A stretch of DNA of 64,000 bases from Octopus sinensis (Eukaryota), in contig NC_043002.1 in NCBI RefSeq assembly GCF_006345805.1, positions 87,048,001-87,112,000 on the forward strand, read 5' to 3'. The notes below the pieces were generated by a model. The model had not been told where the DNA came from. It did not search any database and was given only the letters and a program-made list of their open reading frames with translations. Within the stretch, counting starts at the first letter, position 1. Each line of letters opens with the position of its first letter. Shown here one piece after another: positions 1 through 12,552 of this stretch. The position numbers and the translations under genes are program-made.

Positions 1-90
1 GAATTTAGAGCCTGAAAACATCATTGTTCCACTTGGCAAAATTTGTCCCAGAGGTACTGGTTTTGATCTCCAGTGTTACGCTAAACTAGG

Positions 91-140
91 TATTTACAGC
101 TGTTTCCAGGATATTTATGATATGCCTTCATCGGAGACAG
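91..140 (-). ncRNA. Degenerate minimal hammerhead ribozyme motif (Penelope-like terminal repeat), homologous to 29702-29749
   Basis: Minus strand reads tgtct-CCGATGA-aggcata/tcataaa/tatcctg-GAA-ACAGCTGT-A. It shares about 65 bp of flank with the 29.7-kb copy. The stem I 3' arm is lost. Confidence 0.5.
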
Positions 141-416
141 TGTGAGAAAATGGTTAAGCAATTGTTAATTTAGATAAGATACGAAATAGAGAGTGTAGTG
201 GAGGAATGAAAATAGATGTGAGATATACAGGGATGTTGCATTTGTAGATCCATTATTTAGGCAGAATGCTATACATATAAGATTCCAATACCTAGTGGGT
301 AAAATCCAATAGTATTTAAAATTGGTCATCCCAAGTATAGAGTTTGTACACAGTGCTATTGAATCAACCCTTGTATATATACATATATATATACATACAG
401 ACACACATATATATGC

Positions 417-448
<32 letters not shown>

Positions 449-516
449 GTATATACATATGTATATATATATATGTGCATATATATATGTATGTATGTGT
501 GTATGTGTATATAATA

Positions 517-554
<38 letters not shown>

Positions 555-1199
555 GAGGCACAAAATAAAGTAAAATAAAGAAAACATAAATAAAACGTAA
601 ACAAATTTAAAGAATTTCGATACTACTTGGGCCTTTTCCCAACTGTATTCGAAAGAGGGAGCTAAAATAAATAGTCAACACCATGTTAAAAATCGCCAGG
701 GAAAATTATGAATATCTTGTAATAAACAGAATAATCCATCTTTGACATTGCTTTGGATGTAATAAAGTGGAAAAAGAAATAAATGCAATTGTTTCGTCAG
801 TATGGGTTTCATAAGGATTATAAGAAACGTAAACAATTTGTGCAATAAGATTTCTAATTTTGGCACAATGCCGCACATTTTAGAAGCAGGAAGTGTCGAG
901 GACTTGATTGGTTCTTCAATCATGCCTATGAAGGAACCTCTGCCGTTGTCGATAAATCGTCTAGATATATCAACCTAAAAATCCTTCAAATCAAACGCAA
1001 CCGTCTTAAAAGTGGGGCGGAGGTAAGACATACTGGGTGTGAAAGACAGGATAGTTACGGACAGAGTTTTGGTGATAGGCCTGTTTCATCAAGGCTGACC
1101 TAATGCAAAGTGTTACTTTTGTTTGTCAATTCACGAAAGATGAAAGGAAAATTTACTATTTTGGAAACGAACTCAGAACGTAAAACATCAGTATCAGTT

Positions 1200-1950
1200 T
1201 CTCCTGTGCTCTCGAAAACATCGAACAGCAAGTTGACAGCATTGGTTTCTGTGGTCCACGGTTTTATCTGCATCCGGCCTTTCTCACGTCGTTAATGAAT
1301 GTTCTACGCCAGTAGTTTTCAGTCACCCGGATTTTCTTTTTCCCGCCGGTGGTGTCCATTTGAAAGCTGTTTAAAAATGGCATTGTTCTGGTAGTGGAGG
1401 CACATGGCCTAGTGGTTAGAGCAGCGGGCTCGCGGTCGAGGGATCGCGGGTTCGAATCTCAGACCGGGCGATGTGTGTGTTTATGAGCGAAACACCTAAG
1501 CTCTATGCGGCTCCGGCAGAAGGTAATGGCGAAGCTTCTGTTGACTCTTTCGCCACAACTTTCTCTCACTCTTTCCTCTTGCATCTTGCAGCACACCAGC
1601 GATGGACCGGCGTCCCGTCCAGGTGGGGAACCTATACGCCAAGAAACCGGGAAACCGGCCCTTATGAGCCAGGCACGTCTCAAGAAGGAACAAACAACAA
1701 ACAAAACAACAACATTGTTCTGGTAGCCGTATGTAACCTGCTAGCTTTAATCTTCTTTCTGTGATGATTTTGCAAAGTGGTGTGGTGTTGGCTCTTTTTA
1801 GAATGTCTTCATTGGTTATGCGATCTTGCCGGTACGTTCTCGGAATCTTCTTCAAGCATCTTTGGTGGAACACATCTAGCTCGATTTTTACGGCACGCTT
1901 CCATGTCTCACTGACTTGAGAACTACACACAAGAAATATCAAGTGACGTA
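1200..1950 (-). mobile_element. RTE-clade LINE ORF2 3' fragment, interrupted by SINE S1
   Basis: ETWKRAVKIELDVFHQRCLKKI...DRITNEDILKRANTTPLCKIITERRLKLAGYIRLPEQ. After removing the SINE it continues as ...AFKWTPPAGKRK, a typical RTE C-terminus. Confidence 0.8.
1395..1712 (+). mobile_element. tRNA-derived SINE S1, full length
   Basis: A-box TGGCCTAGTGG, B-box GGTTCGAATCT, (AAC)-rich tail. Perfect 14-bp TSD cattgttctggtag at 1381-1394 and 1713-1726. Confidence 0.92.
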
Positions 1951-2770
1951 ACTGAATACGACATCTATGGAATCAACCGGCATCTATGGAATGACAATGA
2001 GATCCATGTTTGTATGGGATTGCTTTTTCTAAAATAGACTAGTGAATTTTCAAAGGTGCCGAACTAAACTCTTTCAGTTGTTGGCACCCTTTTGTTTCGG
2101 GAGACAATGGAGTTGCGCATAAACTAATCTAGTCTGGTTTTTACATTTCGTGTCCTCTCCAGTTTTGCGCAGGCCTGGGCTAGATGTAAGAAAATCCTGG
2201 GTAGCCCAATCGTCAGGAGTCCTCTCTCGACATCGCTGACGTAGTCCAAAGGAGTGCAGAGCATTACGTTTGGCACCAGCTTGGTTGCAGGAGCTGCTGG
2301 AAGAATGTCGAGTCGAACACTAAACCGTCTACGGGGCTCCACTCCGGATTTCTTTGAAGGTTGTCTCCTTTCCGTAACCCTGGATAAGGGCCTATACCGG
2401 GTACTGTCAGACGGAGCCAGCTGAACCCGGGACTCGTGTCAGGCAGGGTCGTCACTCCCCGAAGTAGTGAAGAAAATCGCTACCCACTACCTAAGAACTC
2501 TTTCAGTAGTCACGTATATTCATTGAGGGCCTGTTTTCTAGGTATTTAAAAGAATTTTTGTGCAGGTAAAAACCCATCTTGGTGCTGCTTTTTGTTGTCT
2601 CGGTGTAAGTTTTGTATGCAGAGATGGTAAAGACTTGGACTTTAGCTCTATATTCCTTTGGTCAAGCAATTGTCATTAAAGGGACTATTGGGGGTCTACA
2701 CAATTAGATTTAGGGTTTTCTCATTTTCATTGGCTTTCGAGGGTCTTTTCACATTATGTTGGTTTGCCGT

Positions 2771-3053
2771 GAAGGCACGTTGACTAGTGGTTATATGTTG
2801 CACTCACCATCGCAACATCGTGGTTTCGATTCCCAGACTAGCGGTGCGTTGTGTTCTTGAGCAAAACACCACATTACACGTTACTCCAGTCCACTCAGTT
2901 GTAAATGGTTAACCTGTAGTAAACTGGCGTTCCGTTCGGGAAAAATCTTGACCTACTCGCCTTGTCAGCAGAGCGGCATCATTGAAAGCTATAACAATGC
3001 GCGGAAGCGCAATCTGACCAGTGACATATAATAACATGCTATAGTCTGGTCGA
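2771..3053 (+). mobile_element. tRNA-derived SINE S2 (tail T2)
   Basis: tRNA-like head, central ctccagtccactcagttgtaaatgg domain, tail shared with the 39.0-kb and 45.9-kb copies. Confidence 0.8.
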
Positions 3054-3144
3054 TAACTATTCAAATTGTGTTACCTAACTGGACATTCCAAAATTTCTGA
3101 TATGTTTGGTGATGATTTTTGTTACTATTACTGTTGTAGCTAAG

Positions 3145-3382
3145 GAGGTGAGCTAGCGGAATCGTTGGCACGCTTGATAAAGAGTTTAACAGCACTTCGT
3201 CCGTCTTTACGTTCTGAATTCAAATTCCGCAGCGGTCGGGTTCCAAAAACCCAGTTGAGCATTGAGGTCGATGTAACTGACCGGTCCCCAACCCCAAAAT
3301 TTCAGGTCTTATGCCTTGAGTAGAAAGGATTATAACAGTTTCAGCATGAAGACAGTGAGCTTGGCAGAATTGTTAGCGCATC

Positions 3383-3421
<39 letters not shown>

Positions 3422-3830
3422 AATTGTGGTATTTCTCCTAGGTTTTACTTTTTGAGTTCAAATTCTACTGATATCAACTTCGCATTTCATCTTCACTTGA
3501 TCGAAAAAATAAAATATAAAAAAATGGAGTTCGTATGATCGACTAACTTCACCTCTTCAAAATTGTTGGCCTTGTGCTTAAATTATAAAACAATTATTAT
3601 TATTATAGTTTGAAAAAAGGCGGCGAGCTGGCGGAATCGTTAGCACGCCGAACAAAATGCTTAGCGGCATTTCTTTCAGCTTTATATTCTGAATTCAAAT
3701 TCCGCCGAGGTTAACTTTGCTCTTCATCCTTTCTGGATCATAAAATAGTTCCAGTGGGGCATTGGGGTCGATGTAAGCAGCTACTCCTCTCTTCCAAAAT
3801 TTCAGGTCTTGTACCTCTAGTAGAAAAGCT
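3145..3830 (+). mobile_element. Cluster of three degenerate S3 SINEs (about 3145-3335, 3345-3520, 3619-3830)
   Basis: Repeated ggcgagctggcggaatcgttagc heads and gagttcaaattcc B-boxes. Confidence 0.75.
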
Positions 3831-4109
3831 TAATAGAATTTGAATTAGAGTTAACATTGTGTTTTGGATTTATTGAATCCACGCTGTGTGGATCACGGAC
3901 GATATACAAACATATACGGAAAGCAAAAAGGCTGACCTTTACTGATCTAAATAGCATTTTTCCGGGCAGTGAACTAACAGTGCTGCTAGAGCGTCAGATA
4001 GATTGCCTTGAACTATTTGTTCTGACTCAATGCATTCTGAGTTCAAATCTCGCTGAAGATAACTTGGCTTTTCATCTTTTTGAAGTCGGTAGGAGTTGCT
4101 GCGTGTTAA

Positions 4110-4425
4110 GAGATTTGCTTTCCAGCAACTTGGTTCCAGGTCCAGTCCCACTGCATGACACTTAAGGCTAGTGTTTTTCAATTCTAACTTCGGACCAACC
4201 ACACACACACACACATATCTGTGTGTTTTTGTGTTTGTACGCCACCCCATTTTAGCAACAGGCGCTGGTTTGTTTATGCCTCTGTAACATAGCAGTTCGA
4301 CAAAAAGAAACCGATAGATTAGGTACCAGATTTTTAAAAAAGGTACTGAAGTAGATTTATTTGACGAAACTCTTCAAGGCGGTGTCCCAGCATGACTGCA
4401 GTCCAATGACTGAAATAAGCAAAAG
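4110..4425 (+). mobile_element. SINE S4, degenerate
   Basis: ggttccaggtccagtcccactg head remnant, internal (CA)n, and a cccagcatgactgcagtccaatgactgaaa tail shared with the other S4 copies. Confidence 0.7.
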
Positions 4426-5138
4426 ACAAAAGAAAAATTCAGAACAATGGAATGGCGAAACTGTTATAACATTGAACCGAATGCCTCGCAGTATTTGTTT
4501 AAAAATCATTGCGTACCCCTTGGACGCCCCTAGCAAAGTCCATTCTGTTGCAAATATATGCGGCAGATCTCTGAAGATACCTTCATCGTTCCCACCTACT
4601 AGTATCGAAAACGCTAGAAAAGGTTGTAGATATAACTATCCCTTCTTTACTAAAACCCCACAAAATATTTTTTTCTAAAAAAAATAGATACTAGTTGATA
4701 GGTAGGAAATGACAGACTTGTATAAGACGATTTGTTTTCTGTTCAATTCATTTATTTATTTGATTTATGCATTTTCTCTGATTTCAGGTCGTTGAACTCT
4801 CGCTTAGTTCTAAACAATGAACACCAAACTCTGTGAGAGAAGGTCTGGAGAAGAAAAATTCTCCCAGACAGCTCAATGGATTTTTCGCGAAGTATTGTGA
4901 TTGAAGAGGGAGGAGGTAGTAATTGAGAAAACCGACTACTGGAAAACGGAGGGGAAGTGTGTGTGTGTGTGTGAAAGTAATAAATAACTAAATAAGCAAT
5001 AATAATAGTAACGATGATGATGGCGATGATGTTGATATTTTTTCATTTATTTTGTCTTGCTTTGAAATTGATAGAGAAGAAAAAAAATAATAGATGAAGA
5101 AAGCCTTTAAGAAACATTCGTATATGTATATATAATAT

Positions 5139-5205
<67 letters not shown>

Positions 5206-5566
5206 ATGATGATGAGGATGATGATGTCTAGTGTCGTCTTCTTTAGTATAAAGATTATATCTGTTTGGCGATGACGTAAGCGGACTCCGTTCATTTGAGG
5301 TCAATGACCGTTTTCATGTACAGCTATTCATAATTTCCCCATCTTTTTTCTCCCTCTCTCCTTTCTCGCTTTATTTCCTTCTCCTTTTGCTCCTATTCCC
5401 GTCTGTCTGTCTGTCTCTCTCTCTATCTATTGCTCTCTCTCTTTCAGTAATGGTTTCTTACATAAGCACAAGGCCAGGAATTTGCGGCTGGGCTAGGGAA
5501 AACAATTGATTATATCGATTCTAGTACTTGACTAGTACTTACTTTATCGACTGTGCTTTACCCTTA

Positions 5567-5638
<72 letters not shown>

Positions 5639-5644
5639 GTAGTA

Positions 5645-5701
<57 letters not shown>

Positions 5702-5849
5702 TTTGTTGATTACACAAGAAATTCTGTGGTATCTATTGAACACATTTATTTATGCACACACACAAACATACAAACACACACACACACACGCGCACACACA
5801 TACACACAACATATCATACACATATGCAAGCAACTAGGAAGCGTCTACG

Positions 5850-6050
5850 TGGTCCTTCGGCTTGCTAGAAATAGGAACCAAATATTTCTCCATGTACCCG
5901 CTGACATCTTAAAAGAAATAAAATTGATCACATTGGTTAACGTGGCCCCGAGATGCCTGCACATAGGAAAAAGACGGGTTCGTCATGGCTGGAATATTTG
6001 AGATCATAGGTCTGTCAGCTCGATAAGAACTAACCTGGAGCTCAGCACCA
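5850..6050 (+). mobile_element. Interspersed repeat S5 (related copies at about 960-1110 + and 21970-22190 -)
   Basis: Shared motifs gctagaaatag...cc(g)tcttaaaa and gacggg...catggctggaat...gatcataggtctg. Confidence 0.55.
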
Positions 6051-6335
6051 ACAATACGTACATATGTACGAACACATGTGCGTACACACGTACGCAAGCA
6101 TGTATGTATGTACACTGCACAGACACACATACACACATACGCACACACAAAGAAAATTGAGAGTACGCATTGAGGAATCTTTCGTCTCCACATCAAACAA
6201 ATTGTATCGGAATAATGAAAGTGAAAGTAAAACTTAAAGAAAAACGATTTGAAACAGGTATCTTCTGAAATAATTGAGGAAGATCTGACAATTTTTCTTC
6301 GCCAATATCGACGACAGGCAACTATCTTTCGTCTC

Positions 6336-6336
<1 letters not shown>

Positions 6337-6368
<32 letters not shown>

Positions 6369-6699
6369 TATCATCATCATCATCATCATTATCATCATCA
6401 TCATCATCATCATCATCGCTGTCGTCATCGTCACCTTCGTCAGTACCTTCGTCGTCCGTACCACCACTACCACCACCACCACCACCACCACCACCACCAC
6501 CACCACTATCACCACTATCACCACCACTACCACCACCACCACCACCACCACCACCACCACCACCACCACTATCACCACTATCACCACCACCACCACCACC
6601 ACCACCACCACTATCACCACCACCACCACCACCACCACCACCACCACCACCACCACCACTATCACCACTATCATTACCACCACCACCACTATCACCACT

Positions 6700-6731
<32 letters not shown>

Positions 6732-6960
6732 CAACAACAACAACTCCCTCCTCCGCCTCTTACTACTCTCCCCATCTCCTCCTCCTCATCATCATTATCA
6801 TCATTTCCATGGTTTTTTTTCATTCAGCTTTCTCGTTCGTTATCGTTCTTGTTGCTACCGCTGTTGTCGTGTCAACAACACATGCAACACCACCGCCACC
6901 ACCGCCACCGCCGCCGCCACCGTCGCCATGATCACTACCAACCACAATATCACCTATAAT
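6337..6960. repeat. Compound trinucleotide microsatellite (CAT/CAC/CAA/CCG)
   Basis: Direct inspection. It has an internal higher-order unit (cac)n-tat-cac-cac-tat. Confidence 0.95.
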
Positions 6961-7649
6961 TATCTCTTCACGTTTTCGTTTTTTTTTTTTTTTTTTTCAG
7001 TCTTTCAAACCTTCCGCAGTATTTTAGCAGAATGTGATCAGTGAGTGGAATATTTATTATGACCAGATTTAAAAAAAACAAGAAACCCCAAGAAACCCAA
7101 AGATATGTATCGAGAAGAGGGGGAGAGAAAGAGTAAGATAAGAAATATGTTTGCATAAAAAGCTATGGAGTTTGGTGCATTAATTTTATTTCTCACGCAT
7201 GTCAAATGCTTATTTTGCATACGGTGGCATATTCCTACTGAACTGGTGCAGTCTTTTGCTGAAAATAGACACTTGCTTCATCGATTTAAAAGTCGCTTTC
7301 GTATTGATTATGCACAGGTTTAGTTGTCTTCTGTTTCCTTAGTAGTTTTAGTTACTACTAAACTATCAACCGTGTCAGCGCGCCGTTGAGCTTGTTTCGT
7401 TTTACTTACAAGTCACGATTACGATGCCTTGTTGTCGTCAACGATAGTATTAACCTGGAAAAGGATGAACACCATGAAGCTCATTTTCTTTTTCTCTTTC
7501 TCTCTCTCTACACACACACACATGCACACGGTATATAAAACGAAGAGGTCAAAGGAGATCGGACAATGTCTCGAGTTGTCTCCCGTATTTGCTGAATTGA
7601 TTACGATTAGTAACTGAGCATATGTTATCTTTTCCTCACTGTAAAATTG

Positions 7650-7985
7650 GGATCTTTTCGGTTTGAACGGCTGTTGTTTCTAGCGGTGTCATATGAAATT
7701 GTCACCCATAATTATGACCCTAGTATCGATCTATTGCATTTCAATCTGTTTTAGGGTTAGGGTTAGTTTGGGTTAGTTAGGGTTAGGGTTAGGGTTAGGG
7801 GTGGGGGGAAGGGAATCTTTTTTTCTTCACAAATGTAAATAAACCCAATCTGTTTCTTAAACGAGGGACATATTCATACGGCACAGAATGTTTTTCACCT
7901 CAATAGACGTCATTGATTGGTTGAAATTGCAGAAATTGAAGAAAGAAACAACAAATATCTTACTAACTATAGAATTTTCTAACTA
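7650..7985 (+). mobile_element. GGATC-MITE, left-hand partial copy
   Basis: Left TIR ggatcttttcggtttgaacggc followed by the TTAGGG tract. The right TIR is absent. Confidence 0.85.
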
Positions 7986-8450
7986 TATATAGACAGATAG
8001 GAAAATAGTAAGGCACACCAAATGACGCTATCAGAAATATTACAGTATGTCCTAACAGTTACATAGATCCTAATGTTACAATTATCTGGTTTGAACTGAT
8101 GTTACTTTTTATGACAATGGACGTCTCTATAAAGTGGTTAAAATTTTTTCACCTTCCTTTTCTGATAAAAAATGATATTACAAAGAGCTGGGGGTTCAAA
8201 ATACCACAGCTCTTCATTTTATATCAGGATATAAGGGACCTCCATTGAGAGGATGTTACCATATTCAAGTAACACACATACATTCTATTTACTAATATTC
8301 CAGAGGAATTTATATCACAAACAGGAACGCAAACGAGAGCAGTGTTCTCCCTCATACATCAAACAAGCAGAAGTAACCTACTGGCGGTGGCGATGTCCCA
8401 GTACGGTAACTGTAAAGCCGAAACCAGTAAAACTACTGGAGAGTATATAA

Positions 8451-9904
8451 ACGAGGGTGAGCTGAAAAGTTCATAGACTGACAATATAGGAGTGATGCTA
8501 GAGCTGTGAGATCTTGTATGTGTTCATTCCAGTTCTTTTTCTTATTAACTGCATTGATTCTTAACAGGTAAACTGACATCTGACTGTTGAAAGAAAACTT
8601 CAAAAGTAAATTATAGCGACTTCTCTAGAAATTGGACAAAATTTGGCATCTTGGTGTTATTTGGAGGAACATGGCCTAGTGGTTAGAGCAGCGGACTCGC
8701 AGTCGAGGGATCGTGGGTTCGAATCTCAGACCGGGCGATGTGTGTGTTTATGAGCGATAAACCTAACCTCCACGCGGCTCCGGCAGAAGGTAGTGGCAAA
8801 ACTTCTGCTGACTCTTTCGCCACAGCTTTCTCTCACTCTTTCCTCCTGCATCTTGCAGCTTACCTGCGACGGACCGGTGTCCCGTCCAGGTGGGGAACCT
8901 ATACACCAAGAAACCGGGAAACCGGCCCTTATGAGCCAGGCATGGCTCGAGAAGAAACAAACAACATCTTGGTGTTATCAAGTACTGCAGGTTTAGTCCC
9001 CAAGGACATTCATGCTGGCATGGTTGCTACATAAGGGGATAACGTTCCAGCTTTATCAACAGTGCAAAAGTGAGCAGTTGAATATAGGAGGGGAAGGAAG
9101 AGTCTTGAAGATGATCCAAGGTCTGGACGTCCTGCAACTGCCATCAACGAGGAAAACATTGTTCATGCTCATCATATGGTGATGGATGACAGTTGATTGA
9201 CTATAAATCAAACAGCCAATGCTATTAGCATGTCCCGTTTGAGAATTGAGAATGTTCTACATAATGAACTTGGTATGACGAAGGTTTCTGCTCGGTGGGT
9301 ATCATGTGTTCTGACACCTGATGAAAAGCGCACCAGGCTGACCACATCACAGGAAAATCTGACATTGTTTCAGGTAGGTCCATATGGTTTCCTTGAACGC
9401 TTCCTAACCCAGGAGGACTACTGGGTTCATCACTTAGAGCCAGAGACAAAGAGATAATCCATACAGTGGGAACACCCATCCTCATCTGCTCCAAAGAAGG
9501 CCAAGGTCGTTTCATTTGCAAGGAAAGTGATGACCTCAGTTTTGGGGGGATTCAAAAGGCATTGTGTTTATTGAGCATCTTCAAAAGAGCGTGACTGTGG
9601 CTTTGAAGTGGTTGCTCACTATCCCTATTTTTCTGATTTGGCCCTATCTGAGTACCATCTACTCCTCAACATGGAAATACACTTGGCTGGGAACCAGTAT
9701 CGCAGTGGTAATGACGTCATATATATTGGTGATGAATTTTCTGACCAACAAGATGAAAACAACGAGATCGACCCAAGCCTTGCAACACTGATGAAAGGAG
9801 TGTATGAGACGGAAGGGTGACTACGTTGAGAAATAACCCCACTTGGTCATATTCTATGAGAGTATCTTGATCAGTCTATGAATCTTTCAGCTTCACCCAA
9901 TCCC

Positions 9905-9905
<1 letters not shown>
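8451..9905 (+). mobile_element. Mariner (DD34D) transposon, decayed and internally deleted
   Basis: TIRs gggtgagctgaaaagttcatagactga at both ends. Remnant peptides SLEDDPRSGRPATA, GMTKVSARWV (WVPHEL-like) and HYPYFSDLALSEYHL (YSPDLAP-like). Stops are present. Confidence 0.9.
8661..8964 (+). mobile_element. SINE S1 inserted in the mariner transposase N-terminus
   Basis: Near-identical to 1395-1712. Perfect 14-bp TSD catcttggtgttat at 8647-8660 and 8965-8978. Confidence 0.92.
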
Positions 9906-9940
<35 letters not shown>

Positions 9941-10190
9941 ATGTATGTATGTATGTATGTATGTATGTATGTTTGTTTGTTTGTATGTATGTATGTATGT
10001 ATGTATGTATGTATGTATGTATGTATGTATGTTGTTTGTATGTATGTATGTATGCATGTTTGTATGTGTGCATGTATGTATGCATGTATGTATATATATA
10101 TATACCTATATATATATACACATACATGCATATGTATATGTATATATATGTATATATGTGTGTGTGTGTGTGTGCGTGTGTGCGTGTGAT

Positions 10191-10405
10191 TCCAAAAAAT
10201 CAGAGAAAAAACGGAAAAAGAAAAAGAAAAAAACAAACAAACATGAGGACATAGCACAAACAAAGTATTAATTTGACGCTCGGAGAAGGAAAAGACTACG
10301 TTTCGAGTATAGTTCTTCTTCGGAAACAGGAAAAGTAGAGAAGTCCAAAGGGAAGAAGAAAGGGTCGGGAAAAAATCGCCAATAGTCCACGTGCGGTTAC
10401 ATTTT
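10191..10405 (-). mobile_element. Short hammerhead-bearing repeat, family A copy 1 (degenerate motif at 10293-10327)
   Basis: Homologous to 10711-10905. Minus strand gttt-CCGAAGA-a-gaac/tat/actc-GAA-ACGT-A. Confidence 0.55.
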
Positions 10406-10590
10406 TGAAGACTCATATTGCCATTAAATGCTCGAAATGAAGAGTAGATAGACAGCCGACAACTGATGAAGGGTCGTTCTCTGTGCTTACTTTTCCTGCT
10501 TTCAATTTTTCTCTCTCGTTGTTTGCGTATTTAACTCGTTTGTTTTCGTACTTCATGTTGTTTGCACAGTTGGTGACGTCCTGTACCCTT
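10405..10590 (+). repeat. Unclassified ~170-bp interspersed repeat C (second copy 30925-31085, minus)
   Basis: Two copies align: tgaagactcatattg...atgctcgaaatga.gagtagatagacagccgaca.ctgatgaagggtcgtt...cagttggtgacgtcctgt. Confidence 0.75.
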
Positions 10591-10627
10591 ATATACACAC
10601 ATATGCATATATACATACATATATATA

Positions 10628-10710
<83 letters not shown>

Positions 10711-10714
<4 letters not shown>

Positions 10715-10905
10715 ATCCAAACAAGAAAGCACAAAAAAAGACAACAACGCGAGGACATGGAAGAAATATAGTATTATTGGACGCTCAGGAAAGAAGGAAA
10801 GAAAGAGGGTTTAACGTTTCGAGCGGACCTCTTCGTCGGAAACATAGGAGAAGGAAAGATCCAGAGAAGGGGAGACAGAGGAAAAAAAATCGCCAACAGT
10901 ACACA
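10711..10905 (-). mobile_element. Short hammerhead-bearing repeat, family A copy 2 (motif at 10809-10843)
   Basis: Minus strand GTTT-CCGACGA-a-GAG/gtccg/CTC-GAA-ACGT-T-AAAC. Stem I is a perfect 4 bp, and the copy follows a (TA)n tract. Confidence 0.65.
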
Positions 10906-12145
10906 CAGGGTATTTGACAGTTTACATAAAAGGAATAGAGAAAACAATATCCGATCTAAAACGACAAGTGCTTTTGAAAAATCGAAAAATATCAAGTAAA
11001 TTATAGTTGGGAGATAACAGTTTACTCAAAGTTGCCATCTCAGCTTCCATCACGACCTCGAGACGGCTCAGAACCTGGCGCATGCGTTCTTCATCCTCTC
11101 CCTAGGAATATCTTTAAACACGTCCTTGATCTTGGCCACCAGATTGGACTTAGTTTTGCTGACAGAGCGGTTGGTGTCTTTCTAACCGCGCTCCACACAT
11201 AGTAATCCATTGGATTACAATCGGGGGAATTAGGCAGACACTGGGGCTGATGAAGTCGTAGAAATTCTTTGACAACCACCTCTGATTTTTTCCAGAGGTA
11301 TGTCAGGGAGTTAAATCTTGCTGCCACACATATGGCCTTCCAGTAGCAACTCTCTCCAGGCAGGGATTGATCTCAGTCTCCAGCATCTTCATATTGCCGC
11401 CTGGGTGTTGTGCAACAGGTCATGGCAGAAGGCTATATGCATTTACCACACGGTCACACGATCGAAATATCCAGATTATCCCTGGCTCAGCAGCAGATCA
11501 CAGTTGATTCAGGAGCTTCTCATTGGCCTTGACTGCCGGAATTTGTCCCTTGTACCTTTTGTACGAACGGTCTTCATCCAGGGCCATCTTCATGTGACAA
11601 CTCTAACACTCATCTCTCTCGCCAAAGACTGGATTCCTTTGCTGAGATCTTCCATCACCTTGTCCTGAAGTTGTTGAATGAATTCCGGTGTATGGACGCA
11701 GTCGGAACGCATGCTAGCCAAAGATTAGTAATCTCTGTTGCAGCTGTCCCTGTCGTGTCTTTCAGCCTTTAGAGTGTTCACAGAGCATTAACCAGGAGTA
11801 ATGATATCGGTCAGAACGCCTGCTGTGGTCCTTCCTACTGGCCACGGTTTCGTAGTTTCTGTTGCAGATGTCCACGTTACGTCTTGCAGCCTTTACATTG
11901 TTTCAAAGAACATTAAGCAGGAGTCAATTTGTCGGCATTTTGATACTCAGAGCGAATCATCATGATACAAGTAACCCTTTTCTAATATTCAGATGGTTTC
12001 CAGTCCGCCATGTCAGCTAAGTTTTCTTAGTTACAACTTTAATCTTTATGCTCTCCAACGCCGTTGACTCTTCATCAGTACATCAGACTGTTCCTGAAAA
12101 AAAAAACAACAACAAAAAACCGTCAAATATTGCTCGAACACACTG
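10906..12145 (-). mobile_element. Tc1/mariner maT-like (DD37D-type) transposon remnant, ~1.24 kb
   Basis: Minus-strand peptides RSDCVHTPEFIQQLQDKVMED, GRPYVWQQD and PNSPDCNPMDYYVWSAV. TIR cagtgtgttcgagcaatatttgacggttt at 12115-12145, with a partial mate tatttgacagttt at about 10911. Confidence 0.8.
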
Positions 12146-12161
12146 TGTTATCTATCTATCA

Positions 12162-12255
<94 letters not shown>

Positions 12256-12360
12256 ATGTATGTATACATATATATATATGCATATGTGTATATTGTATGT
12301 ATTGGATATAGATATACTGTGTTTATTATGTATATGATATATAAATGTGCGTGTATGTAG

Positions 12361-12465
<105 letters not shown>

Positions 12466-12552
12466 CACACACACACGCGCGCGCTCACACTCGGCGTAGG
12501 CAAATGAAGCAGTATTAAATTAAAAGAAAGGCAAGATACTGCGGTTCCTTAC

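Noticed and set aside
1395-1470. tRNA genes at SINE heads
   Set aside because: A and B boxes are present, but there is no complete cloverleaf or acceptor stem, and each head is fused to a SINE body with TSDs.
6249-6959. 236-aa His-rich ORF
   Set aside because: It is almost entirely compound trinucleotide microsatellite, which lacks stops by construction. There is no splice or domain evidence.
5255-7575. Peptide RSPLTSS encoded twice with different codons (about 5270 and 7550, minus strand)
   Set aside because: A 7-residue match of common residues is expected by chance across six frames of 64 kb, and the flanks do not align.
7753-7810. Telomere or chromosome-end signature
   Set aside because: The TTAGGG runs are short and are an internal part of the MITE in every copy.
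10430-10480. Hammerhead in repeat C (GAAA...CTGATGA; also at about 31020)
   Set aside because: The core motifs are in type-II order, but no stem I or stem III can be formed between them.
11247-11264. CTGATGA...GAAA inside the maT remnant
   Set aside because: No stem II or stem III pairing; it is a chance match on the antisense strand of transposase coding sequence.
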